A stretch of DNA of 64,000 nucleotides from Promethearchaeota archaeon (GTDB taxonomy: Archaea > Asgardarchaeota > Lokiarchaeia > Sigyniarchaeales > SOKP01). The stretch spans positions 1 through 64,000 of the forward strand of contig SHMW01000004.1 in the NCBI GenBank assembly GCA_008080735.1, given 5' to 3'. A program made the translations under genes and the position numbers. Under the pieces are notes generated by a model. That model was not told the origin of the DNA and did not search any database. It was given only the letters and a program-made list of their open reading frames with translations. Positions 19,007 to 29,688 of the stretch are shown one piece after another; positions within the stretch are counted from its first letter, which is position 1, and every line of letters begins with the position of its first letter.

Positions 19007-21646
19007 CTAAGTTTTTGAATGTTCAGTTCTGGAGATAATCTCTTCTTGTACTTCTCTTCCAAGATCAACAAAATATGCAGAATATCCCCCAACCTTCACG
19101 ATAATATTTCGAAATTTATCCGGATTATCTTGGGCTGCCCTTAATACCTCGGTAGAAACTACTGTCGGTTGTAACTGTTCCCCACCTAAATCAAAATAGG
19201 TTTTTACTAAGGAAATCCATTTTCTTCTGGCTTCTTCAGTTTTTCCGATACTCGAAGGGTGGAGACGAATATTCACCGCACATCCCATTACATGTTGAAA
19301 ATCAAGAGCCGAAACCGATCGGAGGACTCCCGTTGGACCGTTTACTTCCACATTATAAGGATTACAGCTTGCCGCAAAGGGTTTTCCTCCCAGTCGACCA
19401 TCTGCAGTCGCAATAGAAATCCGACCGTCGTATGTATGTGTGGTCATACTATTTATAAAAGGAGCATAAAACCCATCTTTATACGTTCTATATTTATACG
19501 TCTCTTCGAATATATGGGAGGTCACTTTTCTGGCCAATTCATCGCATTCGGGGTTTCCATTACCCCATTTCCCCTCAATATTCATAATCATCTCATGGAT
19601 GTGTTTATATTGGCCACTGTAGTTATGATCAATCGCGTCAAGTAATTCTTTGAATGTGAGAATTTTTCTCTCAAAAATCAATTTTTTGATAACATATAAA
19701 GAATCAACCGTATTCGCGATACTGGTCATAAAGAGGATACCTTCGCAATCATATATGGCCCCACCTTGAGTGATATCCTTCTTACTTTCAAGACACCCTT
19801 GCATAAAAGCTGAAATAAATGGAGCCGGCAAATATTCGGCATATAATTTATCTCTTATTTTTGAAGCTTGCACGATTTTTTTAATCATATAATCGGCTTG
19901 AGCGAAAAACGCTTCTAAAAATTCATCAAAACGGTAAAATTCATCAGGTTCTCCCGTTTTTAGTCCTGCATTTTTTATTGTACCTACTAAAGTTTTCGCA
20001 TTTCCATTTCGGAGTGCCAAATCAAGCGTTCTGCATAATAATATGGAAGAAAAACCCTCCCCTCCAGTTTTTCCGGGTGCGCACATATCTACACATCCTG
20101 TTATGGCATAGTTTCGGGCATCTTCTTGGGTAAATCCTCTATTTAGTAACGCTTGCATGGCGATTTTGTCATTCATCAATGAAATACTTGAAACACCATG
20201 ATAATATAAATCTGCGACTTTCATCAATAACTTTTCTGGGGTTTTATCGTGGATTCTTACCACAAAATTAAGCGATGCTTTTGACTTATCGGCGGCATCT
20301 AACATGATATAAGTTAAATCATTCGTCGCATCGTCTCCCTCCTTATCCAAACCCCCCATTGTGACGGGTTCTGACCCTTCATAACGCTGGCTGAAATCGC
20401 TGGATGCATTGGAATAAGGTCTCATATTATGACTCATTATTTTTAAAAAGAGCTCCTCAAGCAACTCGCAGGCATCTTCCTCTGTGATTTCATTATCTTG
20501 TAAATCTTTTTTGTAATAGGGATATAAGATTTGGTCTAAACGACCGGGAGCATGGACATTAAATGGCATTGCTAATTCTACAGCCGTTTTTACTGTCCAG
20601 TATGATTGAATTGCCTCTCGAAAGGATTCCGCGGGATATAACGGGACTTTTTTGCAAACAATAAACATATCTTTCAAAATTTCTTTTCTTTCGATATCAT
20701 CAGTAGTGTTAAGTTCCTGTTCAATCCAATCTGCTAGTCTTTCAGAATAAATTATAACTCCGTCAAGAGAAATCTTTATAGATTCGAAAAAACTTTTCTC
20801 TTCTTGAGTAAGATTTCCCTTTTCTAATATATCCACGACCTCATTTTTCATTTGTAGCAACCCTTTCTTTATAGGACTTTCATGATCCAAAATCAAATGG
20901 CCCTGCCAGACACCTAAAGCGGCTCCTATTGCGGTCACCATATCATTTTTTGCAGTTCCTCTAGGAAGCGACCTAATAAAATCTCCGAAATCTCCATCAT
21001 ATATTTGCTCTTCAAGAAATTTTTGTTCAAGTTTCTCGGCTATTGTCTTTCCGTCCCAATAGGGAAGCAATTCTTTTAAAAGTTCTTTTTTATCGTCCTC
21101 GTTTATTTGATATGGATTAATATACCTTTTATCTAAAGTCTCAGTCCCTAACGATGGCATCGCAACCCCAATTTCCTTACTCTCCTTAAGACTATTCAAT
21201 AAACCTGAAATACCTTCTTTTTTAATCTTTTTTATCGCGAATTTTAAATTTCCTTTTATACCAAAAAACCACATAGATCGTTTTTTAAGTTCAATTTCGA
21301 ATACCTTATTGAAGAGACCACGTTCTATATCAATTGGGATACCTAAAAAGTTTTCTGTCCATGTACCCGCAATTCTGTCGTCTGGGTCGATATTAAAACG
21401 CATATTTTCAAATACATTATTCATCGCCAAGGCGACTCTAACATTTCTAGGCAGATCTTGATTTTCAGTTTCTTGCCATTTTTCAGTATAATACTTGGCT
21501 CTTTCGATTGATATAAAGGGAGTATCATCAAGAAATCTTTTCCGTATTCTTTTAATTCGTTCACTAGCAAGATCTTCCATATTAAAGTTTTTAATCTCAC
21601 AGGCATTTGAGATTATTCGCGGAGATTTCTCTTCTGTATCACTCAT
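19007..21646 (-). CDS. Glycyl-radical enzyme (PFL-like family, substrate unknown)
   Basis: C-terminal IIVKVGGYSAYF glycyl loop; ITGCVDMC Cys loop; adjacent activase. Confidence 0.9.
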   Translation of the reverse strand: MSDTEEKSPRIISNACEIKNFNMEDLASERIKRIRKRFLDDTPFISIERAKYYTEKWQETENQDLPRNVRVALAMNNVFENMRFNIDPDDRIAGTWTENFLGIPIDIERGLFNKVFEIELKKRSMWFFGIKGNLKFAIKKIKKEGISGLLNSLKESKEIGVAMPSLGTETLDKRYINPYQINEDDKKELLKELLPYWDGKTIAEKLEQKFLEEQIYDGDFGDFIRSLPRGTAKNDMVTAIGAALGVWQGHLILDHESPIKKGLLQMKNEVVDILEKGNLTQEEKSFFESIKISLDGVIIYSERLADWIEQELNTTDDIERKEILKDMFIVCKKVPLYPAESFREAIQSYWTVKTAVELAMPFNVHAPGRLDQILYPYYKKDLQDNEITEEDACELLEELFLKIMSHNMRPYSNASSDFSQRYEGSEPVTMGGLDKEGDDATNDLTYIMLDAADKSKASLNFVVRIHDKTPEKLLMKVADLYYHGVSSISLMNDKIAMQALLNRGFTQEDARNYAITGCVDMCAPGKTGGEGFSSILLCRTLDLALRNGNAKTLVGTIKNAGLKTGEPDEFYRFDEFLEAFFAQADYMIKKIVQASKIRDKLYAEYLPAPFISAFMQGCLESKKDITQGGAIYDCEGILFMTSIANTVDSLYVIKKLIFERKILTFKELLDAIDHNYSGQYKHIHEMIMNIEGKWGNGNPECDELARKVTSHIFEETYKYRTYKDGFYAPFINSMTTHTYDGRISIATADGRLGGKPFAASCNPYNVEVNGPTGVLRSVSALDFQHVMGCAVNIRLHPSSIGKTEEARRKWISLVKTYFDLGGEQLQPTVVSTEVLRAAQDNPDKFRNIIVKVGGYSAYFVDLGREVQEEIISRTEHSKT

Positions 21647-21782
21647 CTTAGCAACTCATCTCTCTCTTCTTTTTCATTTCTCTTAATTCATATAATTTGT
21701 ATTTTGAATTGATTTAAACCTAATTCTTTTAAGAGATAATTCTGAAATCTCGGAATAGTATACATCTAATTTCTCATCCTCC

Positions 21783-23261
21783 TCAGATTTTCCAATACCC
21801 TAAGAGATGGTTATACATTTTCATAAAGTCATTTTGGAGAACTCTATACTTTTTTACCGCGGTTTCATTAGGAAAGATTACCTCTTTCTTAGAATCTTCT
21901 ATTTTAGCTGTCTTTTCAATATCATCAATTATTTTTAAACCATATGCAGCCAAAAGAGCATTTCCTCTTAGACTGGCTTCTGGCTCATTAATAATAATCT
22001 GGGGTATATTCATTACATTAGCTTTAATATTATACAAGAGCTTATTATTAGTACCTCCTCCAACACAAAACACCTCATCGATATCTACACCCGCTTCTTT
22101 AAAAAGCTGCGCATCTTTTCCAATAGCAAATGACACCCCTTCCATTATGGAGCGCGCGAAATGAGCCGCCTGATGATTTAAAGTTATACCAAAAAACGAC
22201 CCTCGCGCAAGCACGTTTTCGGGACGACGCTCTCCTAATAAATAGGGATAAAAGAGCAATCCCTCGCTTCCTATATCTATCTTACTTGCCATCTTAATCA
22301 TTTCTTCATAGGGGAACTCCTCTTCCTTTACGGAATTTAAAAAATCTCGACACCAAGTCATACTAAGACCCCCACAATCAAGCATAGTAAATGGAGTCCA
22401 TCCGTTAATCACATGTCTAAGATTTTGAATTCCAGGATTAAGTATGGGTTCTTTTCTTTTTACAACAAAAAGGGTGCTTGTACCAGTCATATCAACAGCA
22501 GAATCAGATCTAATAAGACCTAATCCCAACAGAGATACAATGAAATCCCCCCCTCCGGTGAGAACGGGCACATTATTTGGCAGCCCTAACTCTTTGGCAA
22601 CCTCAGATTTGATTTCCCCAATAATTTCATAAGAATCCGTTATTTTGGCAAATTTGGTGATATCGATACCAAGAATTTTCCCCATCTCGTTGGAATAATC
22701 ATTCGTGCTTGTATCGTAGAGATACGTGCCGGAAGCTTCTGAAGGGTCAGTATAAAACTTGCCAGTTAATTTGAAATTGATAAAATCTTTTGGAACGAGA
22801 AACCATTTTGATTTATCGTATATCTTAGGTTGATTCTGTTTTATCCAGCTTACTTTTACACCAGGCCAGCCAGTGGTTATGGGATTTCCTGTAATTTTCG
22901 CAAGTTCTTGCTCATTATATTTTTTTCTTATTTCCTTGCACACTTCTTCAGATCGTTTATCTGACCATATTTGTGTCCATTCTGTGGTAATCATACCGTT
23001 TTTATCGAGACCGACTGGTCCGTGCATTTGACCACATACGCAAATTCCTTTAATTTCCGGTAGCGTGTTGAATTGTTTGATTAATATTTGGATACTTTCT
23101 TTAATTCGCTGCCACCATAATTTTGGCTGCTGTTGTGCCCAACCTGGATGAGGACTATCAACTTTTTGAGCCTTTTTAGCTAATCCTAACACTTTTCCGT
23201 CTGGCTCTAACAAAGCTGCCTTTATTGTTTGAGTTCCAAGATCAATTCCTAATATAGCCAT
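21783..23261 (-). CDS. FGGY-family carbohydrate kinase (xylulokinase-like)
   Basis: LGIDLGT, GQMHG, TDPSEASGT, GGGD, PYLLGER, VGGG. Confidence 0.9.
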   Translation of the reverse strand: MAILGIDLGTQTIKAALLEPDGKVLGLAKKAQKVDSPHPGWAQQQPKLWWQRIKESIQILIKQFNTLPEIKGICVCGQMHGPVGLDKNGMITTEWTQIWSDKRSEEVCKEIRKKYNEQELAKITGNPITTGWPGVKVSWIKQNQPKIYDKSKWFLVPKDFINFKLTGKFYTDPSEASGTYLYDTSTNDYSNEMGKILGIDITKFAKITDSYEIIGEIKSEVAKELGLPNNVPVLTGGGDFIVSLLGLGLIRSDSAVDMTGTSTLFVVKRKEPILNPGIQNLRHVINGWTPFTMLDCGGLSMTWCRDFLNSVKEEEFPYEEMIKMASKIDIGSEGLLFYPYLLGERRPENVLARGSFFGITLNHQAAHFARSIMEGVSFAIGKDAQLFKEAGVDIDEVFCVGGGTNNKLLYNIKANVMNIPQIIINEPEASLRGNALLAAYGLKIIDDIEKTAKIEDSKKEVIFPNETAVKKYRVLQNDFMKMYNHLLGYWKI

Positions 23262-23473
23262 TCTAAAATATTTATTCGAGTTTTTATAAGTTGACTCATC
23301 TATAATAATTCTAGGTTTTATAGAATATTTGAATTATTCCGTATTTAGTAAATGCAGACATCATTTTAAAGCTTATTAACATTTATTAACAAATCCAAAC
23401 TATTTCTTATTTTTGCAATCAGCTATTCCTAACCTCGAGAAATTATAAATTTTAGTATTCATTTTATAGGAAT

Positions 23474-23731
23474 ATGTCCCGAGATGATATTCAATGCTTT
23501 TCTTGCTCCCATTATATAAAAAACTCGTCTTGCGGTGCTTGTGGGGATTCTACGGAGGATCTGATCAAGAGTATTACTTATGTTTTAGAAAATGACATCA
23601 GCGAACCTCAAAATCATGAAATACACGCAAAATATTCTTGTAAAATTGTTCAAAAATATCCGGAAGAGTTTGAGAAATTAAATCCTCTAAAATGCAAATA
23701 TTACATGCCCTCATTTTATAAAATGTTTTGA
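23474..23731 (+). CDS. Small Cys-rich hypothetical protein
   Basis: 85 aa with CFSC, CGAC and further Cys/His; ATG start. Confidence 0.55.
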   Translation: MSRDDIQCFSCSHYIKNSSCGACGDSTEDLIKSITYVLENDISEPQNHEIHAKYSCKIVQKYPEEFEKLNPLKCKYYMPSFYKMF

Positions 23732-23849
23732 TATAAAGAATTTACAAATATTTACGATCATTTACGAATGTTAATTAATCTTTTAGCATTACTAGGAATA
23801 ATTAATTAAAACCTATTGATTAACGTTAGTTTAATTTTATTTTGGTATA

Positions 23850-24803
23850 ATGGACCAGTTTGACTTTAGACTAAGGAAAAAGCGTACTTTCTACTATATT
23901 GGTGTATCAACTCGCCAGTCCTCGATTATGAGAGTCTTTCCCCGCTGGGCTGAATATCTCAATCTGGATGATCCCGATTTTGTGGGTATTAATTGTAAAA
24001 TTCATGCAGACAAACAGAAATACAGAAAGATTGTAAAGTTTATTAAGGATGATGATAATTCACTAGGCGCGTTAGTGACTTCTCATAAAATAGATCTTTA
24101 TGAAGCGGCTCAAGATTTATTTGATGAAGTGGGAAATTTTGCGCAATTATTGGGAGAAGTTAGCTGTATTTCAAAATCCGATAAAATGCTGATTGGCCAC
24201 GCGAAGGATCCAATAACCAGTGGTCTAGCGTTTGATTCATTCATTCCAAAAAACCATTGGAAAGACACGGGAGCGGAAATATTCATAATTGGCGCAGGAG
24301 GGGCATCTTTAGCATTGACGACCTATATCATGCGAGAGTTAGATCCTGATAATAGACCTTCCAAGATATATATCTCTAATAGAAGCATTCCCCGACTCGA
24401 AAAGATGGAAGAGATACATAAAATAATTAATCCCGGAATAGAGATAGAATACTTTCATCATCCTAATCCTGAACAGAACGATGAAATTGTTAACAATCTA
24501 ATAGAAGGCTCACTTGTGATTAATGGGACGGGACTTGGAAAGGATGCTCCCGGCTCTCCCATCACTGATGATGCCGAGTTCCCACAAAATGGGTTTGCTT
24601 GGGATTATAATTATAGAGGAGATTTAGTCTTTTTAGATCAAGCACGCGCACAAGCAGAAGAAAAAGACCTCCATTTTGAGGATGGATGGATTTACTTTTT
24701 ACACGGATGGACGAGAGTGATTGCTGAAGTATTTCATATTGATATTCCCATAGAAGGTCCGAAATTTGAAGAAATATCGCAAATTGCCGTAAAAGCAAAA
24801 TAA
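23850..24803 (+). CDS. Shikimate-dehydrogenase-like NAD(P)-binding oxidoreductase
   Basis: GALVTSHK, IIGAGGAS, INGTGLG, WDYNY. Confidence 0.75.
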   Translation: MDQFDFRLRKKRTFYYIGVSTRQSSIMRVFPRWAEYLNLDDPDFVGINCKIHADKQKYRKIVKFIKDDDNSLGALVTSHKIDLYEAAQDLFDEVGNFAQLLGEVSCISKSDKMLIGHAKDPITSGLAFDSFIPKNHWKDTGAEIFIIGAGGASLALTTYIMRELDPDNRPSKIYISNRSIPRLEKMEEIHKIINPGIEIEYFHHPNPEQNDEIVNNLIEGSLVINGTGLGKDAPGSPITDDAEFPQNGFAWDYNYRGDLVFLDQARAQAEEKDLHFEDGWIYFLHGWTRVIAEVFHIDIPIEGPKFEEISQIAVKAK

Positions 24804-24815
24804 AAGAGGGCATAT

Positions 24816-25418
24816 ATGGTGCAAAAAATAAATAATAAAAAGTCTTTTTCATTAAAATTTGATTTATTAACCGGGCTATCGCCAGGTGCGATATCCAAGA
24901 AACGACTTCTTTCCGATATGAAAGGTATGTATTACGATAAGGATGCCTATGAAAAAATAGTTGTAGAGAAGGATGCCGTAGTCTACGAATTTTATGATTT
25001 AAATATTAATCCAAATCCCGAAAATTTATCGTTTGGTACCACTATCTTATATCCCGGTAAAGTTGGAGATGAATATTATATGACGAAAGGTCATTTCCAC
25101 GATGAGCTCAACACAGCCGAAATTTATTATTGTCTCCGAGGATTTGGATATCTTTTAATGGAGGATCAACAAGGTAGAACGGAAATTCAAGAATTCAAAC
25201 CAAGTATCTCTGTTTATGTTCCACCTGGATTTGCCCATAGAAGTATTAACACTTCTAATGATGAACCTTTAATTACATTCTTTGTATATCGCGCCGATGC
25301 GGGTCATGATTATAAAACGATAGAGGAAAAGGGATTCAGAAAACTAATTATTGAAAAAGGCGGGCAGCCCACCATTATAGACAATCCAAAATGGAATATT
25401 CAAAAAACCAGAAGGTAA
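24816..25418 (+). CDS. Cupin-type glucose-6-phosphate isomerase family protein
   Basis: PGKVGDEYYMTKGHFH, AEIYY, YVPPGFAHRSIN, DAGHDY. Confidence 0.9.
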   Translation: MVQKINNKKSFSLKFDLLTGLSPGAISKKRLLSDMKGMYYDKDAYEKIVVEKDAVVYEFYDLNINPNPENLSFGTTILYPGKVGDEYYMTKGHFHDELNTAEIYYCLRGFGYLLMEDQQGRTEIQEFKPSISVYVPPGFAHRSINTSNDEPLITFFVYRADAGHDYKTIEEKGFRKLIIEKGGQPTIIDNPKWNIQKTRR

Positions 25419-25422
25419 TCGT

Positions 25423-26346
25423 ATGAAAACGGTATATGTCACTCCCCGTTCAATCACCAAAAATCGCCATCCCTCCCTTAAAAGATTAGAAGATTCGGGT
25501 TTTAAGATTATATTGGCAACCCCAGGTAAACAGCCCACAAGAGAGCAGCAATTAGAAATATTACCGGAATGCGAAGCGTATTTGGCGGGAATTGAACCAA
25601 TTGACGGAGAAATATTAGAAAAAGCTTCCAAGCTAAAAATAATCAGCAGAAATGGAGTTGGAATAGATAATATTGATCTCAAAGTTGCCAAAAGATTAGG
25701 AATTCCCGTGAAAATCGCTTCCGGAGCCAATTCTCAAGGAGTTGCCGAATTATCAATCGGTTTAATTTTTAGTGCTATAAGATCAATACCACTTTCAGAC
25801 AAGAGAATGAAAAACGGTTTGTGGGAAAGAGAAAAAGGGATGGAAGTTTTTGGAAAGACGTTAGGAATCATAGGTACGGGGAATATAGGGGAGAAAGTTG
25901 CGAAAATGGCCCTCGCGTTAGGTATGAACGTACTGGGCTATGATTTATATCCAGATATAGATTTTAATCCGTCAGACAAATTTAGTTATTCCGAATTTAA
26001 TGAGCTTTTAAGTAATTCTGATATAATAACACTCCATTGCCCTCCGAGTGATACCCCACTTATAAATAGAAAGACTCTTGAAAAAACAAAGGAAGGTGTG
26101 ATTATAATCAATACAGCAAGAGCGGGAGTGGTCGATGATGAGGCGATATTGGATGGGCTCAATTCAAGAATGATAAAGGTATATGCAACAGATGTATATG
26201 ATGAAGAGCCCCCTAAAATGAATGATTTGATAAAACATAAAAATACAATTACCACTCCTCATATAGGGGGGTATACGGATGAAAGTATTGATCGCGCAGC
26301 TGAGGTTGCAGTTGATAATATAATCGACTTCTTTAGAGAGAGGTGA
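25423..26346 (+). CDS. D-isomer-specific 2-hydroxyacid dehydrogenase (PGDH-like, no ACT domain)
   Basis: RNGVGIDNID, GIIGTGNIG, INTARAG, DVYDEEP, TPHIGG. Confidence 0.9.
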   Translation: MKTVYVTPRSITKNRHPSLKRLEDSGFKIILATPGKQPTREQQLEILPECEAYLAGIEPIDGEILEKASKLKIISRNGVGIDNIDLKVAKRLGIPVKIASGANSQGVAELSIGLIFSAIRSIPLSDKRMKNGLWEREKGMEVFGKTLGIIGTGNIGEKVAKMALALGMNVLGYDLYPDIDFNPSDKFSYSEFNELLSNSDIITLHCPPSDTPLINRKTLEKTKEGVIIINTARAGVVDDEAILDGLNSRMIKVYATDVYDEEPPKMNDLIKHKNTITTPHIGGYTDESIDRAAEVAVDNIIDFFRER

Positions 26347-26349
26347 AAT

Positions 26350-27207
26350 ATGATCGAAAAGGAAGAGGTAGCTTCAATAGTGGACTTTATGAATAATTCT
26401 AATGATTTATCAGAAAAAAAAATTCAATTAGTTTGGTTAGGACAAGCTGGTTTTGCCATGAGATACGGCAATAGCTTAATACTAATAGATCCCTATCTTT
26501 CTGATTATTTATCAAAGAAATATAAAGGGAAGATTTTTCCACATATTCGATTAATGGAACCTCCCATCAAATCAGAAGAGTTAAAATATGTTGATTATGT
26601 TTGTTGTTCTCATCCCCATTCGGATCACATGGATCCAGAAACGGTTACACCCATTTCACATAATAATCCACATTGTAGATTTATAGTACCAGGTCCAGAA
26701 ATAGAGGAAGCTGCTAAACGAGGCATTAATACAGATCAAATTATTCCCGCTTACGTACGACAAACAATTAATTTAAACGAACATATTAAAATTACTCCCA
26801 TACCGGCAAAACATGAAGAATTTAAAACAAATCAGGCAAACGAACATTCTTACTTAGGTTATATTTTTCACATTAATGACAAGATTTTATACCACTCAGG
26901 AGATTCAATCCCATATGATGAATTGTCTCAGCTGTTAGATGATTATAATGTAACTATTGCCCTAATGCCCATAAATGGAAGAGATGAATATCGATTGGAC
27001 AATGGGATTTCGGGAAATTTCAAAATTCCTGAGGTTTTAGACTTATGTCGAAAAACCAAAATTAAGACACTTATAGTCCATCATTTTGGGATGTTTGCTT
27101 ATAATACCGCAACAAAAGAAGAATTAGAATATTTGGAAAATTTCCATGATTTAAACCTTGAAATTATAATACCCAAAATAAATTATATTTATACAATTAA
27201 GACCTAG
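26350..27207 (+). CDS. MBL-fold metallohydrolase (UlaG-like lactonase)
   Basis: WLGQAGF, IDPYLS, SHPHSDHMD, YHSGDS, MPING; AGGTGA ribosome-binding-like motif upstream. Confidence 0.85.
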   Translation: MIEKEEVASIVDFMNNSNDLSEKKIQLVWLGQAGFAMRYGNSLILIDPYLSDYLSKKYKGKIFPHIRLMEPPIKSEELKYVDYVCCSHPHSDHMDPETVTPISHNNPHCRFIVPGPEIEEAAKRGINTDQIIPAYVRQTINLNEHIKITPIPAKHEEFKTNQANEHSYLGYIFHINDKILYHSGDSIPYDELSQLLDDYNVTIALMPINGRDEYRLDNGISGNFKIPEVLDLCRKTKIKTLIVHHFGMFAYNTATKEELEYLENFHDLNLEIIIPKINYIYTIKT

Positions 27208-27241
27208 AAAATAACAAATCACTAATTCAGAATTGATTAAA

Positions 27242-27877
27242 ATGGATATATATAAAAAAATAGAAGAATTAAAAATAGTTCCCGTTGCAGTTATAGGGGA
27301 TGTGGAAAATGCGATTCCACTGGGAAAAACCCTAATAGACGCGGGACTTCCAATTATCGAAATAACTTTTAGAACAGAAGCAGCGGCTGAATCGATATCG
27401 CGCCTGAGAGAAAGATTTCCTAAGTTGTTAGTTGGAGCCGGAACTGTTCTTACGATCCAACACGTTAAAGATGCGGTCGATGCGGGAGTGGAGTTCATCG
27501 TCACTCCGGGATTTAATCCCACTGTGGTGGATTATTGTGTCGAAAATGATATTGGTATTTGTCCTGGATTGAATGCTCCATCCTTTATCGAATGGGGTCT
27601 GGAACGGGGCTTAGATCATTTTAAATTTTATCCCGCTGATTTATCCGGGGGTCCAAAAATGCTTAAAACACTCTCCGGCCCATATCCATCGGTTAAATTT
27701 ATGCCCACGGGTGGAATTGGCAATGAAACTCTCATCGAATATTTAAACCTTGATAATGTATTTTCATGCGGTGGAAGTTGGTTAGTAAAAAAAGACTTAA
27801 TATCCTCGAAAAATTTCGATGAGATAAAAAAAAGGGTGGAGATTGCGGTTTCTTTAGTTAAGTCAGAAATAAAGTGA
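27242..27877 (+). CDS. eda: KDPG/KHG aldolase
   Basis: IEITFRT, VGAGTVL, FIVTPG, KFYPA, FMPTGGI, GGSW. Confidence 0.92.
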   Translation: MDIYKKIEELKIVPVAVIGDVENAIPLGKTLIDAGLPIIEITFRTEAAAESISRLRERFPKLLVGAGTVLTIQHVKDAVDAGVEFIVTPGFNPTVVDYCVENDIGICPGLNAPSFIEWGLERGLDHFKFYPADLSGGPKMLKTLSGPYPSVKFMPTGGIGNETLIEYLNLDNVFSCGGSWLVKKDLISSKNFDEIKKRVEIAVSLVKSEIK

Positions 27878-28058
27878 TCGTATTATACTCCAAAATAATC
27901 TTGAACGAATTTATTTATAATTTTGTTATCTTTTTCGTCGAACATACATATTCTCCAGATTGAAATCTACACTTTAGGTTATTATGGTGTCAAGTTCTGT
28001 GAAACTCAGAAATATTTTTGAAACAATTTTTAAATATTTGATTTGATTAGATGAGTTT

Positions 28059-29615
28059 ATGGTCGAGATAAAAAATGCAATTACTATTAATGTAAATTCG
28101 AAATCTAAACCAATAGATCCGAGAATTTATGGTAATTTTATCGAACATATCGGAGATTGTATTCATAATGGATTATGGACCTATGATCCTGTTAACGTCC
28201 CTTTAGTTGATGAGAATCCATTTTTATCGAGAGTACGAAAAGATGTTTTGAAAGCTGTCAAAGACCTAAAACCTACGATATTACGGGCTTTTGGTGGATG
28301 TTATTCCGATGTTTACCATTGGAAAGATGCTATTGGGCCCAGAGATAAGAGAAAAATCGTTAAAAACCTACATTGGGGAGCGGGTGATTTTGAGACTATT
28401 GAAGGATTAGGACCACTAATTAAAAACCAGTTTGGAACTGACGAATTTTTAACCTTCTGTGAGGAAATTGGTGCTGAGCCCTATTTAAATGTGAACTATG
28501 GAAGTGGCACACCCCAAGAAGCAGCAGAGTGGGTAGAATACTGCAATGGTTCAACGGATTATGAATATGGAGCGTTACGAGCAGAATATGGCAGATCAGA
28601 TCCTTATGAAGTGAAAATATGGGGAGTCGCGAATGAAATTTACGCAAACTGGGAAATGGGCTATGAAAGTTCACCCAAGGACTATGCATTAAAATATCTT
28701 GAGTTTGCGAAAGAAATGAGAAAGAAAGACCCTTCTATTGAATTAGTTGCTGTAGGATGCGATAATTCTGAATGGAATCAAACACTTCTAAGAAATCTTG
28801 GAGAAGATTGGGTCAACTATGTGAGCATTCACAGATATCTCCCCAATACTGCTGGTGCTTCTGCGGGGAGAAAACGGAGAGATAATGAAAAAAGTTATCA
28901 CGCGTTAATGGCCTCAACACCTCTTATTGAAAATTACATAAAGGATACTTGGAGGGATATAACCGCAGCTCTGGGAGAAGATACCAATGTAAGAATCGCT
29001 TTAGATGAATGGGGATTATGGTATCTAATTACAGACGTGATAAGGACGAATTATAATTTACAAGATGGGTTATGGACTGCATTGACATTAATGATATTTC
29101 AAAGGATGTCAGACATATGCCCTATTGCCAATTGGGCTCAATTAATCAATTGTCTTGGGACTATTCAGACGGATCCTGATGGATTAATACTCACCCCTGT
29201 CTATTTAGTATTTAAATTATTTGTAGATCATATGGAACGCAATCTTTTAGAGCAAATTACTGTTAGTTGCCCTACCTTTTCGAGTAAAACTTTCAAAAGT
29301 ATCCCTAGTAGAGGAGACGTTCCCTATATTGAATGCAATGCCACTATTGATGATTCCCGAGAACACCTTTCCATCGTATTTGTGAATAAACACTATTTAG
29401 ATTCACTAACAACAATTTTGAAGCTTGAAGGATTTACTCCTCAAAAGGAAGCAGTATTATTGGAATTGACCAGTGAATCTCCTTTCGATTATAATACCAT
29501 CGAAAATAGAAATAAAGTTAAAATTAACGGCAGAACAATCAAAGATGTTGATTCTAAAATTACAATGCAATTGTCAGCACACTCTATTTCGATTTTAAAG
29601 TTAAAAAAGGCATAA
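28059..29615 (+). CDS. GH51 alpha-L-arabinofuranosidase
   Basis: IYGNFIEH, YHWKDAIGP, FGTDEF, WVEYCN, WGVANE, ALDEWG, NWAQLIN. Confidence 0.9.
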   Translation: MVEIKNAITINVNSKSKPIDPRIYGNFIEHIGDCIHNGLWTYDPVNVPLVDENPFLSRVRKDVLKAVKDLKPTILRAFGGCYSDVYHWKDAIGPRDKRKIVKNLHWGAGDFETIEGLGPLIKNQFGTDEFLTFCEEIGAEPYLNVNYGSGTPQEAAEWVEYCNGSTDYEYGALRAEYGRSDPYEVKIWGVANEIYANWEMGYESSPKDYALKYLEFAKEMRKKDPSIELVAVGCDNSEWNQTLLRNLGEDWVNYVSIHRYLPNTAGASAGRKRRDNEKSYHALMASTPLIENYIKDTWRDITAALGEDTNVRIALDEWGLWYLITDVIRTNYNLQDGLWTALTLMIFQRMSDICPIANWAQLINCLGTIQTDPDGLILTPVYLVFKLFVDHMERNLLEQITVSCPTFSSKTFKSIPSRGDVPYIECNATIDDSREHLSIVFVNKHYLDSLTTILKLEGFTPQKEAVLLELTSESPFDYNTIENRNKVKINGRTIKDVDSKITMQLSAHSISILKLKKA

Positions 29616-29688
29616 CATTCTCAAGAAAATCAAATTATTATCGTAGGTTCAGGTTAATAACAAGAAATAAAGAGTGGAGAAAATTTAC

